Positions 26,190 through 38,640 of a stretch of 64,000 nucleotides of DNA are shown in pieces. A program made the position numbers and the translations under genes. A model generated the notes under the pieces. It was not told the DNA's origin. It did no database searches and saw nothing but the letters and a program-made list of their open reading frames with translations. The stretch covers positions 4,962,001 through 5,026,000 of the forward strand of contig CM075990.1 of the NCBI GenBank assembly GCA_038087875.1, given 5' to 3'. This stretch comes from Malacoraja senta (lineage: Eukaryota). Position 1 is the stretch's first letter. Each line of letters opens with the position of its first letter.

Positions 26190-27370
26190 GCAGTCTAGGG
26201 GTCCCTGAAGAAGATGGGGGGGGGGGCAGGATATGGAGGTAATTGGAGGTAATTGAGGCGAGGTGGAGTGGGCAGGGCTCTTGGAAAAGGTGGATGGGAG
26301 GACAGGGTAGGAGGGTAATTGACGGTGGGGGCAGGCCTGTGGTCTCAGAAGAGGATGTGGGATGGGAATGATGGGGGAGGAAGGTAATTGAGGCAAGGTG
26401 GTTGTCAGAGGAAGGTGAGGGAAGGGAGAGCCGGGGCAGGTGGGTAACTGAGGATGGGAGCAGCCTTGGGGTCTCAGACAAAGGTGAGATATTGGGGAGT
26501 GAGGGAGGGTCATTGAGAGAAAGGTGAGCAGGGCAGTCAATGGGTGTTAGAGGAAGATGAGTGATAAAAGTGCAAGGGAGCAGGGTAATTGAGGGTGAGG
26601 TAGGCAGGGGAGGGTCTCAGAGAAAGGCGAGGGATGCGAGAGAGAGGATGGTAAATGAGGGGCAGGTCTGGGCGTTAGATAAAGATGAGGGATGGGAGAG
26701 TGGGGCAGGGAGGATAATGAGGGGAGATCAGGGGGTGCCAGAGGCGGATGATGGATGGTTGCGCAGTTGAGGGGGGAGGGGGGAGGGAGGAGGGTAATTG
26801 AAGGCAAGGTACACAGGGCAGATCAGGGAAGATGAGGGATGGGAGATGGGGAGGGAGAGAGGAGAGTAATTGAGGGGGAGATGGGCAGGGGGTTTCAGAG
26901 GAAGGCGAGGGATTGCTATAGGATGGCAGGATGGGAGGGGTATTGAGGGTGAGGCAGTCGAGGGGTGTCGGAGGGATGAGAGAATGGGGGAGGAGAGTAA
27001 TTGAGGGGGGGGCAGGTCGGGAGTATCTGAGGAGGATGAGAGATGGGAGAGTGGGGAGGGTGATTTCAGGCGAGATGTGTGGAGGGTCTCAGAGGACGGC
27101 GAGGGATGGATGAGGGATGGCAGGGGAGGAGGATTATTGAGGGCGAAGCAGACGAGGGGTGTCAGAGGAAGATGATGGATGGGAGAGTGGGGGAGGAGGA
27201 GAATAATTGAGGGGGCAGGTCGGGGGTGTCTGAGAAGGTTGAGGGTTGAGAGAACAGAGACAGTAATTGAGGGCGAGGTGGTCTCAGAGGAAGATGAGTG
27301 TTGGATGACGGATGGCAGGGTAGGAGGGTGATTGCGGGCGAGATGGGCGGGGGGTCAGAGGAAGGAGAGG
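26190..27370. repeat. Diverged purine-rich minisatellite
   Basis: Recurrent gtaattgagg and tctcagagga motifs at roughly 60-70 bp spacing. Confidence 0.8.
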
Positions 27371-28200
27371 GATGGGTGAGGGGATGGGGGATGAGGTGGG
27401 GGGTGGGGGATGGGGATGAGGTGGGGGATGGGGTGAGGGGATGGGTTGGGGGATGGGATGGGGATGAGGTGGGGGATAGGGTGAGGGGTGGGGGTGAGGG
27501 ATGGGGGATGAGGAGAGGTGGGGGATGGGGGGTGAGGTGGGGGATATGGGATGAGGTGAGGGATGGGGGTGAGGTGGGGGATGGGGGGTGAGGTGGGGGA
27601 TATGGGATGAGGTGGGGGATAGGGGGGGGTGAGGTGGGGGATAAGGGATGAGGTGAGGTGGGGTGAGGGGATGGGGATGAGGTGGGAGATGGGGTGAGGA
27701 TGAGGTGGGGGAATGGGGTGAGGTGGGGGATGGGGGGTGAGGTGGGGGATGGGGGATGAGGTGGGGGATGGGGGGTGAGGTGGGGGGATGAGGTGAGGGA
27801 TGGGGGTGAGGTGGGGATGGGGGGTGAGGTGGGGATGGGGGGTGAGGTGGGGGATGAGGTGCGGGGTGGGGGATGGGGGATGAGGTGGGGGAATGGGGTG
27901 AGGTGGGGGATGGGGGGTGAGGTGGGGGATGGGGGATGAGGTGGGGGATGGGGGGTGAGGTGGGGGGATGAGGTGAGGGATGGGGGTGAGGTGGGGATGG
28001 GGGGTGAGGTGGGGATGGGGGGTGAGGTGGGGGATGAGGTGCGGGGTGGGGGATGGGGGATGAGGTGGGGGATAAGGGATGGGGTGAGGTGGGGGGTGGG
28101 GTGAGGGGATGAGGTGGGGGATAAGGGATGGGGTGAGGTGGGGGATGGGGTGAGGTGGGGGGTGGGGTGAGGGATGGGGTGGGGGATGGGGTGAGCCGAG
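27371..28200. repeat. G-tract satellite (ggggat/gaggt)n with an internal 180-bp-period duplication
   Basis: Almost only G/A/T on the + strand; the lines starting at 27721 and 27781 recur verbatim at 27901 and 27961. Confidence 0.95.
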
Positions 28201-28399
28201 GGATAGATGAGGGATGGCAGGACAGGACAGGACAGGACAGGTGGTGATTGAGGGCGTGGCAGGCCACTGCCCTTGGGGATGAGGGGTGTGTAGAGAGACA
28301 CGGAGTCCGCCTAGTGACCCTCTCATGTTGCAGCCCTGGCCGCTCCCCGCACGGACACACACACACACACACACACGGCCCCCACCCGCGGCTCCTCAC

Positions 28400-28422
28400 C
28401 TGCTGCTCTCACCTGTCTCCAT
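28400..28422 (-). CDS. FBXL15: F-box/LRR-repeat protein 15, first coding exon
   Basis: accATGg Kozak context; METGESS + AG then GTGAGG donor; the phase-2 end matches the phase of the F-box exon; lies in a CpG-rich patch. Confidence 0.7.
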
Positions 28423-28700
28423 GGTACTCACCCTCCTCCTCCTCTTCTTCTTCTACTTCCGCCGGTGCAACCACCCCACCGGCCCCCCTCAGACCCGCGG
28501 TGCAACCGCCTCCAACTTCCCCAAGAAGACAGTCAATGGCTCAAGCAGCGTCAAAGTCTTGTTATAGGATCTTTGGGCAGCATCTCTGGAAAGAAGAAAT
28601 AGGTGATGTTTCTGTTTCTGTTTCTGGTCCGTGACCGCAGGTAAGAGGTGTGAGCGTCAGGTAGGCCGTGCGTTTTAAATGTTTGCCGCTTAAAATGCTC
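28423..28700 (-). promoter_or_regulatory. Probable CpG-rich promoter/5' UTR of FBXL15
   Basis: CpG-enriched non-repeat sequence directly upstream of the ATG, including an ETS-like CGGAAGT motif on the minus strand near 28455-28461. Confidence 0.45.
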
Positions 28701-30337
28701 CTGATATCCACATTTCCTGCACTCTGTACTGTTTGAAAGCTTGGTCTTTGTCTGAATTGCATCCTACGTTTCCTACATTTCAGCTCAAACAATATATAAT
28801 TCTCTGCATTCCCAAACAATACCTCTTCGCTACTCCACGTTTTTACTTCTATCTGAATAAGTGAATGCTCCCCCTCGACACTGCACCGTGTAATATATTA
28901 TGTGCACAAGTCTGTGACAGCAAGATGTGGATCCGCCTTTATGTTTGGAGGTCAAGGTTGTAGCTCAAACTTTATAGTAAGAAGGTATTTTGTTTTAAAT
29001 TGAAAAATCAATCATCATTGGGACGAAGCGCAGTGAACGAATCCCACGAATGTCAGCAGAAGTGCTGAGGACAGGAGAGAAAGACGAGAGCAGCAGTTTC
29101 TGTGAACAAAGAGCTGGAATATTCTATGGTGTCAGATGTGTTGACATTGACGGCTCATTTGAGGCACGTAAATATATGCCACGGCATCCCGACTCTGCAA
29201 GAATCCCTGTTATAAATCATCAAATTCCAGGCTTGGTCTGCAAATCCGAACAGGGGCACTGCCTTAAAATGCAGGGGAAGGGGATGAAACAAGCTTGTTT
29301 GTGAGATGAATTGATTTGAAAACCCATCCATGGTTTTTTTATTTATGGCCTCAATATCCACGGGCAAAGTGGTAGAATGAGGTTTTGACAGTTTCCTATT
29401 TCAGCAACTCACATTTACTTAAGAGTAACGAGAGAAAAGAGTTCAGAGATGGGGCTTGGAGAATATGAATTTCTTCTCTCGAAGGATTGTGAATCTTTGC
29501 ATTTTTGGGTAACAATCGCTCCATCACTTGGTGAATTTTTGAAAGAGACCTCATGAGTGGTTTTGGAGCTTTGTAAGTAGAATGTATTGACGATAACCCT
29601 GTGTGTACTAAATGTATCGACTTAACATTGTGAATGAAAAGAAAAGACTATTTTTTGTATTACATTTCATGATATATTTTTGTGAATAAAGTTTATATTT
29701 GAATTTTTTTAATTGACCTGCTGTGACTGTGATTAAGCCACTGAAGCCAGTAAATGCAAAATGTCTTTATTCAAGAGTCAAGAGTGTTTTATTATCATGT
29801 GTCCCAGATAGAACTGTGACATCCTTACTTGCAGCAGCACAACAGAATATGTAAACATAGTGCACTTTAAACAATATAATAAAAGAGAAACAAAGTACAG
29901 AGTGCGTATATATACACATACCCACCCATACACACACATCTATATACACATATACACACACGCACACAGTAGTAAGCCCCCGAACACCAAGTATATCATA
30001 GATAGACACAAAATGCTGGAGTAACTCAGTAGGACAGTCAGCATCTCTGGAGAGAAGGAATGGGTGATGTTTCAGGTCGAGATGTTTGTATATCATGCTT
30101 TTATGCTCTTAAAAACAAAGGATAACAGAAGGCGATTCAATAAAACTTATTTAACTACAATGACATTGTTTACTTCAATATTTTGAGTCTGACAAATGGT
30201 TCCATCAATTTTATAAATCCTCTAAGGTCACCCTCAGCCTCCTACGTGCCAGTGAGACCAGTCATCCCATACACTATCTTACACACTCGGGACAATTTTA
30301 CAATTCTCTATCAAAGCCAATTAACTGATAAACCAAT

Positions 30338-30873
30338 TTAGTTTAGTTTAGAGATACAGCGGGGAAACAGGCCTTTCAGGCCACCGAGTCCACGTCAACC
30401 AGCGACCCCCGCACATTAACACTATCCCACTGGGATTAGTGGATGTAAATTATGTAAAATGTAAATTATATTTTACATTTACCAAGTCAATTAGCCTTCA
30501 AATCTGTACGTCTTTGGAGTGTGGGTGGAAACCGAAGATCTCGGAGAAAACCCATGCAGGTCACGGGGAGAACGTACAAACTCCGTACAGACAGCACCTG
30601 TAGTCAGGGTCGAACCTGGGTCTCCGGCGCAGCATTCGCTGCAAGGCAGCAACTCTACCGCTGCGCCACCATGACCGCCCTGCCAAATTCTATCAAAGGC
30701 AATTAGCCTACAAAAGTCTTTTGAATGTGGGAGGAAACCAGAGCTCCTGGAGAAAGCCCACGTGGTCACAGGGAGAATGTACAAACACTGTACAGACAGC
30801 ACCCGTAGTCAGGATCGAACTCGAGTCTCTGGCACTGTAAGGCAGCAACTTGACCGCTGCGCCACTGTGCCGT
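30338..30873 (-). mobile_element. Two tandem tRNA-derived V-SINE copies
   Basis: Same A/B boxes and V-domain; copies at about 30338-30680 and 30700-30873. Confidence 0.85.
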
Positions 30874-31784
30874 CCTGAATACTCCACTATTTTGCACACT
30901 CCACCCATGGTAGGCGTTGAATCATGTGAGCTGCGATGTACAGGCCTGCTGTTGATGGGGATGGGGTGAGTGAAAGGATAAACTCAAGTCAACATTGGAC
31001 ATCTGCAGAGCTGAGGTGTAATGGGCAGGTTTGCTGAACTGCCTTAAAAGGAAGGTCATGGAGAATTCAGGATGTGGACGTATTCTCCAGTGATACACTG
31101 CTCACGCCCTTAAGAAACAAGCGAGAGACTTCAACACGAGGTCCCAGGTGCAGTGGTTTTGACAAACCATCCAAATCAGGCTCAATATTAGATAGAGAGC
31201 ACGTACGCATGTACATGTATCACACAGGAAAACCACATACATGGAAATTTACTTCTAGTTCCGTTTCATGAATATTTTTATCTTAGCTTTGGGTCTCTTA
31301 ATGTGACACCTTGTAACTTGATAATATATTCCTACGATCCAGCATGCTCGAGACAACGGTGGTGTCAGATTAGCCGATTGTCAAGATTATTGGATGTTGG
31401 TAATACACACTCTGCACATTTTTTACACATTTTTAATTCACCTCTCTTTGATGTTACACAATATTAAAATCATTATCGGGGTAAAGAAGGTAAATTTCAA
31501 ATCGCTGGGACTGTGAACGTGGTGGGGTAAGTGGAAGCGTGGCAACCAGGGTTCAGCGAGTCGAAGGAGATCGTGGAACGGGGCCCAGTGTGTGAGGCAG
31601 CCTGATGTTTGTGTAGGAAGGAACTGCAGATGCTTGTTTAAACCGAAGATGGACACAAAAAGCTGGAGTAACTCAGCAGGACAGGCAACATCTCTGGAGA
31701 GAAGGAATGGGTGATGAAGGGTCTCGACCCGAAACGTCACCCATTCCTCATCTCCAGAGTTACTCCAGTTTTTTGTATCTGTCC

Positions 31785-32210
31785 TCGGCCTGATGTATGT
31801 GATGGAGCACGGGAACCAGGGCCTGGTGCGTGTGAGAGAGCACAGATACCGGGGCCTGATGCGTGGGAGGAAGCACCGGAACCAGGGTGTGAGTGCGAGG
31901 GAACACACGAACCAGGGGCAGCTGTGTGTGTGAGGGAGCAGGGATGTTGGGGCCTGGTGCATGTGTGAGAGAGGCACGGCTAACAAAGCCCTGTGTGTGT
32001 GTGAGGAAATACGGAACCCGGGACCAGGTGAGTGTGAGGGAACATCGGGAATTGGGTCCTGGTTCATGTGAGGGAACATGGGGACGGCTCAGTGGCTCAG
32101 TGCGTGTGAGGAAGCAGGGAAACTGGGGTCCTGTGCATGTGAGGGATCATGGGAACATGAGGGCTCAGCAGGTCCATAGAGACAGTGGAAACCAGGACTC
32201 AGTGAATTGA
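31785..32210. repeat. Diverged minisatellite, unit about 30 bp
   Basis: Repeated gtgtgaggga(a/g)cac..gaacc..gg.cc units. Confidence 0.7.
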
Positions 32211-33080
32211 AAAACAGCACACGAATAGAGACCCAGTGAATGGAACATGTCCCACCATCGTGTTCTTAACTTGCTGGGGAGCAGATTATCAGAGCTTCAT
32301 TGTATCAGGTAAAAAATAGGCCGTTATAAAATACAAGGCTAAATGATCAACAGCTTGATCAATTAATTTTAAGCAGCTCTTTCGAGCAAACTATTGCACA
32401 TATTGTAAGCTTTGGTGTAGAAGAGGACTGGCAAGTCTTTTAGTGGGTATCTTTAAAGTTATGGAATTGTTTCAGATGAATGTAACCTTCCACAAAAATG
32501 CATCCTTTCCACATGCTGCCCAAAATGGATGGTTACAGTTTAAGAAGTTATTGTTACTAAATTAATGTCCCACTGAGGCTGTGTCAGGTGACAATAATGA
32601 GTAAAATCTGATGTTGAACTACCTAAAGGGGCATATGACAATGTTATCAACTTAATGTCTTCAGGGTGCATTGAGATACAACATATTTACCTCCAGAAGT
32701 AGAAGTTTACTCATGGGAGCTCACAAATGTTGCTACAAACTGAATGTCTATAAGATTATTACAGACAAAGCAGGGACACCATGCAAGTCTCGAGATCAAT
32801 TGGATAACAATATGAACTATGTGTAAGAAATAACTGCAGATGCTGGTTTAAATCGAAGGAAGACACAAAATGCTGGAGTAACTCAGCGGGTGAGGCAGCA
32901 TCTCTGGAGAGAAGGAATGGGCAATGTATTGGGTCAATATGAACTACATGGGCAAGGCCAAACCACATTCCATTCTTAAAGACATGTTAAACTCTGCTCC
33001 TGCCTTCCAAAAAATACAAAAGTTATAAATTTAACATTGTGCACTTTTAATAAACAACTAGAAATCCAACTTTAACCTGT

Positions 33081-33223
33081 CTTCTTCTTTTTCTTGCATA
33101 TGGCGTGCACAGCCTAAAGTTGTCGGACAACTTGTTCTATTTGATCTTATTTGATTGTGCACGTCGGGTTGATTACATTAGTCGAAACAGGGCGGACCAC
33201 GTGAAGGTTGCATCTCCCACCCC
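33081..33223 (-). mobile_element. 143-bp ribozyme-headed SINE-like retroelement
   Basis: Flanked by a 13-bp TSD with one mismatch (aactttaacctgt 33068-33080; aaccttaacctgt 33224-33236); ends in a GAA-repeat tail; no tRNA A/B boxes seen. Confidence 0.75.
33171..33223 (-). ncRNA. Putative minimal HDV-like (CPEB3-type) self-cleaving ribozyme
   Basis: GGGGUGG-GA-GAUGCA-ACC-UUCACGU-GGU-CCGCCCU-GUUUCGA-CUAA-UGUAAUC: 7-bp P1 with a G.U first pair, P3 ACC/GGU, L3 UUCACGU, J4/2 CUAA, P2 GAUGCA/UGUAAUC. Confidence 0.75.
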
Positions 33224-34185
33224 AACCTTAACCTGTGAGAAAATCAGAAAGAAAAAAAAACTGCTTTGACGTTGAATCGACTGTCTCGGATTTGAACTCA
33301 AAAGTCTGTTTCTCTGTCCATCTCGCTTGGATTTGGGTTTCTGAAATCTTAACTGGATCCAAGATAGGGTAACTTCATTCACCAGTCAGACTTGTAGACA
33401 GTCTTCAGTAGAAGATAGACACAGAATGCTGGAGTAACTCAGCGGGACAGGCAGAGAAGGAATGGGTGAAGTTTCACATCGAGAGCCTTCTTCAGACAGT
33501 CTTCAGTGGAGTTCATTCCACCTAAGCAAACCCCTGAATTTATCACCAATTTCAACCAAACCTCAGTCTCACGAGATTCCACTGAAGTTCCTGTCTCCCA
33601 CTTGTGTAAACACCACTGACTAGTTGGATTAAAAATATAAAAAACCTTAGTTTTGTTTGAAACTGCTTGTTTGTATCATAGTAGGTAAGAAAGTTAAAAT
33701 GTTAAAAGTCAAAGCAGGAATAGGCCGTACGGTCTCTTGTGCACGTTCTACCATTTAAGATCTTGGCTGATCTTTTATCTCCTCACCACTTCCTGTACTA
33801 ACCTTACCCTCAATATCTCAAAATCTATCGATCTCTTCCCTGAATATAAGCAGTGACTGTGCTTTCATAATTCACTTGAACAAAGAATTCCTCTCATCTT
33901 ATTCCCCAAATAGCTAAAGTATTTTGAGAGTTACCATTGATTCCAGACATCACAACCAATGGAAACATCATTCCCATCAAACTATGTCAGGCCCTGTAAG
34001 AATGTTGTATATTTCAATGAAATTCCTCTTAAAACCTGAGGAGAATAAAGGCCCAATCTGCTAACTATTCCATTCGCAATAAACCCACCATTCCATGAAA
34101 AAAATCGTTAGAACCTTCTGTACACTCCCTCTCTTGCAGGCATATACTTCTGCAAGCAGGGGTCCAGACCTGTACATAATGGACA

Positions 34186-35852
34186 CATAGAAACAAAGAA
34201 AATAAGTGCAGGAGTAGGTCATTTGGCCCTTCGAGCCAGCACCGCCATTCAATTCCACCGGGTGGCACCGTCAGCGATGGCAGCTCATCAACGGTCTGTC
34301 TGACTTTTTGTCTTTTTTGTTATTTTTAGTGCGTTTTTAAAAGTTTGCGTTAATATTCTCTGATTTGTTCCATGTGGGGGGGGGGGGTCGGGGGAAACTT
34401 TTTTCAATCTCTTACCTTGCCGGAGATGCGATTGGTTTCTCGATCGTATCTCCGGTCGCTTTGCGGCCTAACGTCATGGAGCTGGAGGCCTTGCTCGAGA
34501 CTGACTTTGAGCCCCACCGCGGGACGGTGGACATACCATCAGAGACTGTGATCCCTTGCCTTGGATCGACGCTCGAACTGCGGCCTGTGGATTTCAACAT
34601 CGAGGAGCTCACAGTCTCAGGTAGAGACTGATGTCAGAAAGCTCCAAAGTCGCAGGAGGTTCGACCAGCCCTGACCCAGCGTCCGATCGCCCGCGCGAGG
34701 GAGCTGAGATCCCCCCGATGCGGGAGCTTGATCGCCCCGACGCGGAGGGCCCGACCGCCTGCTACGGGAGCCAAGATTGTCCCGTCAACAGAAGGCTCGA
34801 GGCCCCCCGACAGCTTATGTTAAAATGTATGTTAAAATGTATTTTGTGTGTTGCTTTTTATTGGTATGACTGTATGGCAAATCAAATTTCTCGTATGTTG
34901 CAAAACATACTTGGCTAATAAAGCATGATTATGTTTATGATGATTACAAATATGATCATGGCTGATCATCCAAAATCAGTACCCCTTTCCGGCTTTTTCT
35001 CCCCATATCTCTTGATTCCCTTAGCTCTAAGAGCTAAATCTAACTGTCTTTTGAAAACATCCAGTGAATTGGCCTCCACTGCATTCTGTGGCAGAGAATT
35101 CCACAGATTCACAACTCTCTGGGTGAAAAAGTTTATCCTCATCTCAGTCCTAAATGGCCTACCCCTTATCCTTAAACTGTGGCTCCTGGTTCTGGACTCC
35201 CCCAACATCGGGAACATTTTTCCTGCATTTAGCCTATCCAATCCTCTAACAATTTTATACGTTTCAATGAGATATCCTCTCATCCTTCTAAATTCCAGCG
35301 ATACAAGCCCAGTCGACCCATTCTTTCATCATATGTCAGTCCCACCATCCCGGGAATTAACCTGGTAAACCTGCGCTGCACTCTCTCAATAGCAACAATG
35401 TCCTGCCTCAAATTAGACGACCAAAATTGAACACAGTTCTCCAGGTGCAGTCTCACCAGGGTCCTGTACAACTGCAGTAGGATCTCCTTGCTCCTAAACT
35501 CAATTCCTCTCACAATGAAGGCCAACATGCCATTAGCTTTCTTCACTGCCTGCTGTACCTGCATGCTTACTTTCAGTGACTGATGTACAAGCACACCCAG
35601 GTCTCGTTGCACCTCCCCTTATTATTATCTGTCACCATTCAGATAATAATATGCCTTCCTGTTCTTGCCACCAAAGTGGATAACCTCACATTTATCCACA
35701 TTATACTGCATCTGCCATGCATCTGCCCATTCACCCAACCTATCCAAGTCTCACTGCAACCTCATAGCATCCTCCTCGCTGTTCACACTGCCATCCAGCT
35801 TTGTGTCATCCGCAAATTTAGAGATGTTACATTTAATTCCCTCGTCTAAATC
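34186..35852 (-). mobile_element. CR1-type LINE (RT to tail), interrupted at about 34254-34948
   Basis: KFADDTKL region near 35800, ORFs 35280-35612 and 34966-35283; the tail resumes at 34253. Confidence 0.88.
34254..34948 (+). mobile_element. About 700-bp CpG-rich non-autonomous retroelement-like insertion
   Basis: Cleanly interrupts a CR1 3' UTR; its 3' end (gactgtatggcaaatcaaatt...catacttggctaataaag + (atgatt)n) recurs at about 56990-57110. Confidence 0.6.
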
Positions 35853-37379
35853 CTCACACACTGGCTGTCATGGTCCCAAATTATTAGAGAGTATTTCCTA
35901 CATATTGGAAGGTAGCAAATGTAGCACCACGGGGGAAAGAGAGAGAAGGAAGGAAAGAAAGATGGAATGAAGGAAAGAAAGAAGAAAGGAACGAAATAAA
36001 ATAAACGATTCCAGCATTTGTCTTATCATGAGGTTAAACCATCTTTGAAACAGAAGACAGACACAAAATGCAGGAGAAACTCGGCAGGACAGGCAGCATC
36101 CATGGATAGAAGGAATGGGTGACATTTCGGGTCAAAACCCTTCTTCAGACCCAGTTGGTTAAGACCTAATTATAAGCAGTGTAATGTTGCAATAGTAATT
36201 CCTGAACAACAGACAGCATTATATCCATCGTCAAGTCTTTCTGATATCGGGCTCCCTTTGGCCATCTTCCTTCATCACCTCTCATTTACCGAGAATGTTA
36301 TTGAGTCAGCTCCAATGGCGTCACATCCCACATGAATGGTCATTGATATCCTGGATAGCTGGATGAATAGATTATCCGACAGGTCATTGAGACCAAGGCA
36401 AAACGTCAGCACACATATTTTCCCTCCAACACCATTGGACAATGATCATAATGTAAAGGAACTCTAGGTATTAAACACCCCATTGGCTTAAATGGCCTTA
36501 ACGGGCTTGCTGTGAAAGTTCCGCAAGCCACTGGTAAGAACAGATCTGGGGCATAGTGTTCAGTATTGGTCTAATTTAGGAAAGGACATAAATGCTTTGG
36601 AAGCTGTTCAAAGATTTATTAGACCGATAGTTAAAACAGGTGGATCGGCTTTGAGAGAAGGTTGTATAGGGCAGTATATATGGGGTCATAATTGAAATCT
36701 AATGCCCAGAGTGGTTGTAAAGGAGTTGCAGGAGTAGATATTATCCACTGCAAGGAGTTCTATATCTAAACTTGGAGGTTCACTTTAAAAAAAATAAGGT
36801 GTTACTCATTTAAGAGATGAGGCAATTTTATTTCCACTCAGGTCGAGTGTCTTTGGGACTCTCTTCCTCCAACAGCAGTGGAGGTGGAAGCAAAGTTTAT
36901 TACAGCTACTCAGATACTAGAGAAAGGGTAAAACCCTATTGTGGGTGGACAGGTTGTATTCAGATCAGCCACGTTTCTACTGAATCCAAGAGTAACTTAA
37001 GGGGCTTCAATTTCTATGCTTGTATCTAAGCTAATCAAACCCGGTGAAAGTGTCACAACCTCCAATACATTTACTCACCAAACAGACAGTGGGTGCTGAA
37101 GGTAGTACACCTGCTTCACATCTCCAGTGAGCAGAGTTTAATCCTAGGTAGACAAAAATGCTGGAGAAACTCAGTGGGTGAGGCAGCATCTATCTTCCTA
37201 TGACTATGTGGGGTTTACCCAGGTGCTTCGGTATACCCTCGTATTCTTAAAATACGTGCATTGGTACATTAATTGGTTCTTGTAAATTGCCCCGAGTGTA
37301 AGTGAGTGATAGGGTTATTGAGGAAAGTTGATGGGCAGAAATAAGTGAAAGAATAGGACAGATAAGATTATTAATAGAG

Positions 37380-38640
37380 CTATACAGAACGGAAACAGTC
37401 CTTCCATCCAACGTCCATGCCAACCAATTTGGCATTCTGGACGAGTCCCATATGTCTTTCGAAATATGGTTCTATAACTTTCCCTGGCATCTTGTTCAGA
37501 TATGGATTACTCTCCAAATGAAAAAGTATGCCCAAGGTCTCTCTTAAATCTCCCCCCTTTCACCTAAATGCCCATGTTTTTAAATTATCTATCAATTCAT
37601 GATAACATGAGCATTCATGTTATCCATGCCCCTCATGATTTTGTACAACTCAATAATGTCACCCGTCAACCTCCTGCACGCCAAAGAGAGTCCCAGCCTC
37701 TCCCCGTAACTCAATTCTGCAAGTTCTGGTAACATCCTTGTGAATTACTCCTGCACCCTTTAAAACGTAATGATATTCTTCCCACAGCTGGGTGACCAGA
37801 AAACTTCACATGGTACTCCAGGCATGGTTTCACCAGCTATATCACGATGTCTCCATTTTTATACTCAGCACTGGTCTCAATGAAGGCAAATGCTTTCTTC
37901 GCGTCCTGTCCACCCAATTCACCAATTTCAGGAAATCATGCACCTGTACTAGCAGATATCTCTGTCGCACAACATTCTCCAGAGCTCTAACATTTGCTGT
38001 GCAAGTCTTGCTCTGGTTTGACATACCAAAGTGCAGTACCTCACACTTTTCAATGTTAAAGTCCAATTGCCATTCCTTAACCTATATTCCCAATTGGTCA
38101 AGATCCTATTGTAAACTTAAACCCTTGTCCCACGGTACGAGTTAATTCCAAGAATTTTCCAGAGTTTGCCCTGATTCGAACTTGGAGATTTACGGTAATG
38201 GCCACTTGTCGGTACTCGGGGCTCTCGTGGACATTTTTCATCATGTTGAAAAATCTTCACGAGTCTTCCCGTGCTTAGCTGCTGTTAGCGAGTCTTCCCG
38301 AGTACCTGCCGTTAGCGCTAAGAGACGTCCCCGAGCTCCGACGTACCCGCTACGTTCATTCTCCGTGCTTTTACCACGAGTTTGATTTTTTTTTAAACTC
38401 GGGAGAGCTCTTGGAATAAACTCGTACCGTGGGACATGGCTATTAGATATCCCCTTCCTCACTGTCCACTTTACCACCAAATTTGGTGTCATCTGCAAAT
38501 TCACTAACAATGTTAACTACATTGGAATCTACATTAACAACATTGATGACAAACAAAAGTGAACCCAGCACCTTTCTGTGGTCACAGACATCTAATCAGG
38601 AAAACCTCTGCAACTAGCCTTTGATTCCTTCCCCCAAGCC
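37380..38640 (-). mobile_element. Degenerate CR1-type LINE
   Basis: FNIEKCEVLHFG and (FADD)TKFGG remnants; split by the MITE at 38120. Confidence 0.75.
38120..38442. mobile_element. MITE, probably PIF/Harbinger-type
   Basis: Inverted repeat tgtcccacggtacgagtt (38126-38143 / 38419-38436); TTA on both sides; interrupts a CR1 RT fragment. Confidence 0.75.

Noticed and set aside
27162..28399. Long Pro/His/Thr-rich ORFs (339-379 aa) in three minus-strand frames
   Set aside because: Translation artefacts of the G-tract satellite: open in all three frames, low complexity and intronic
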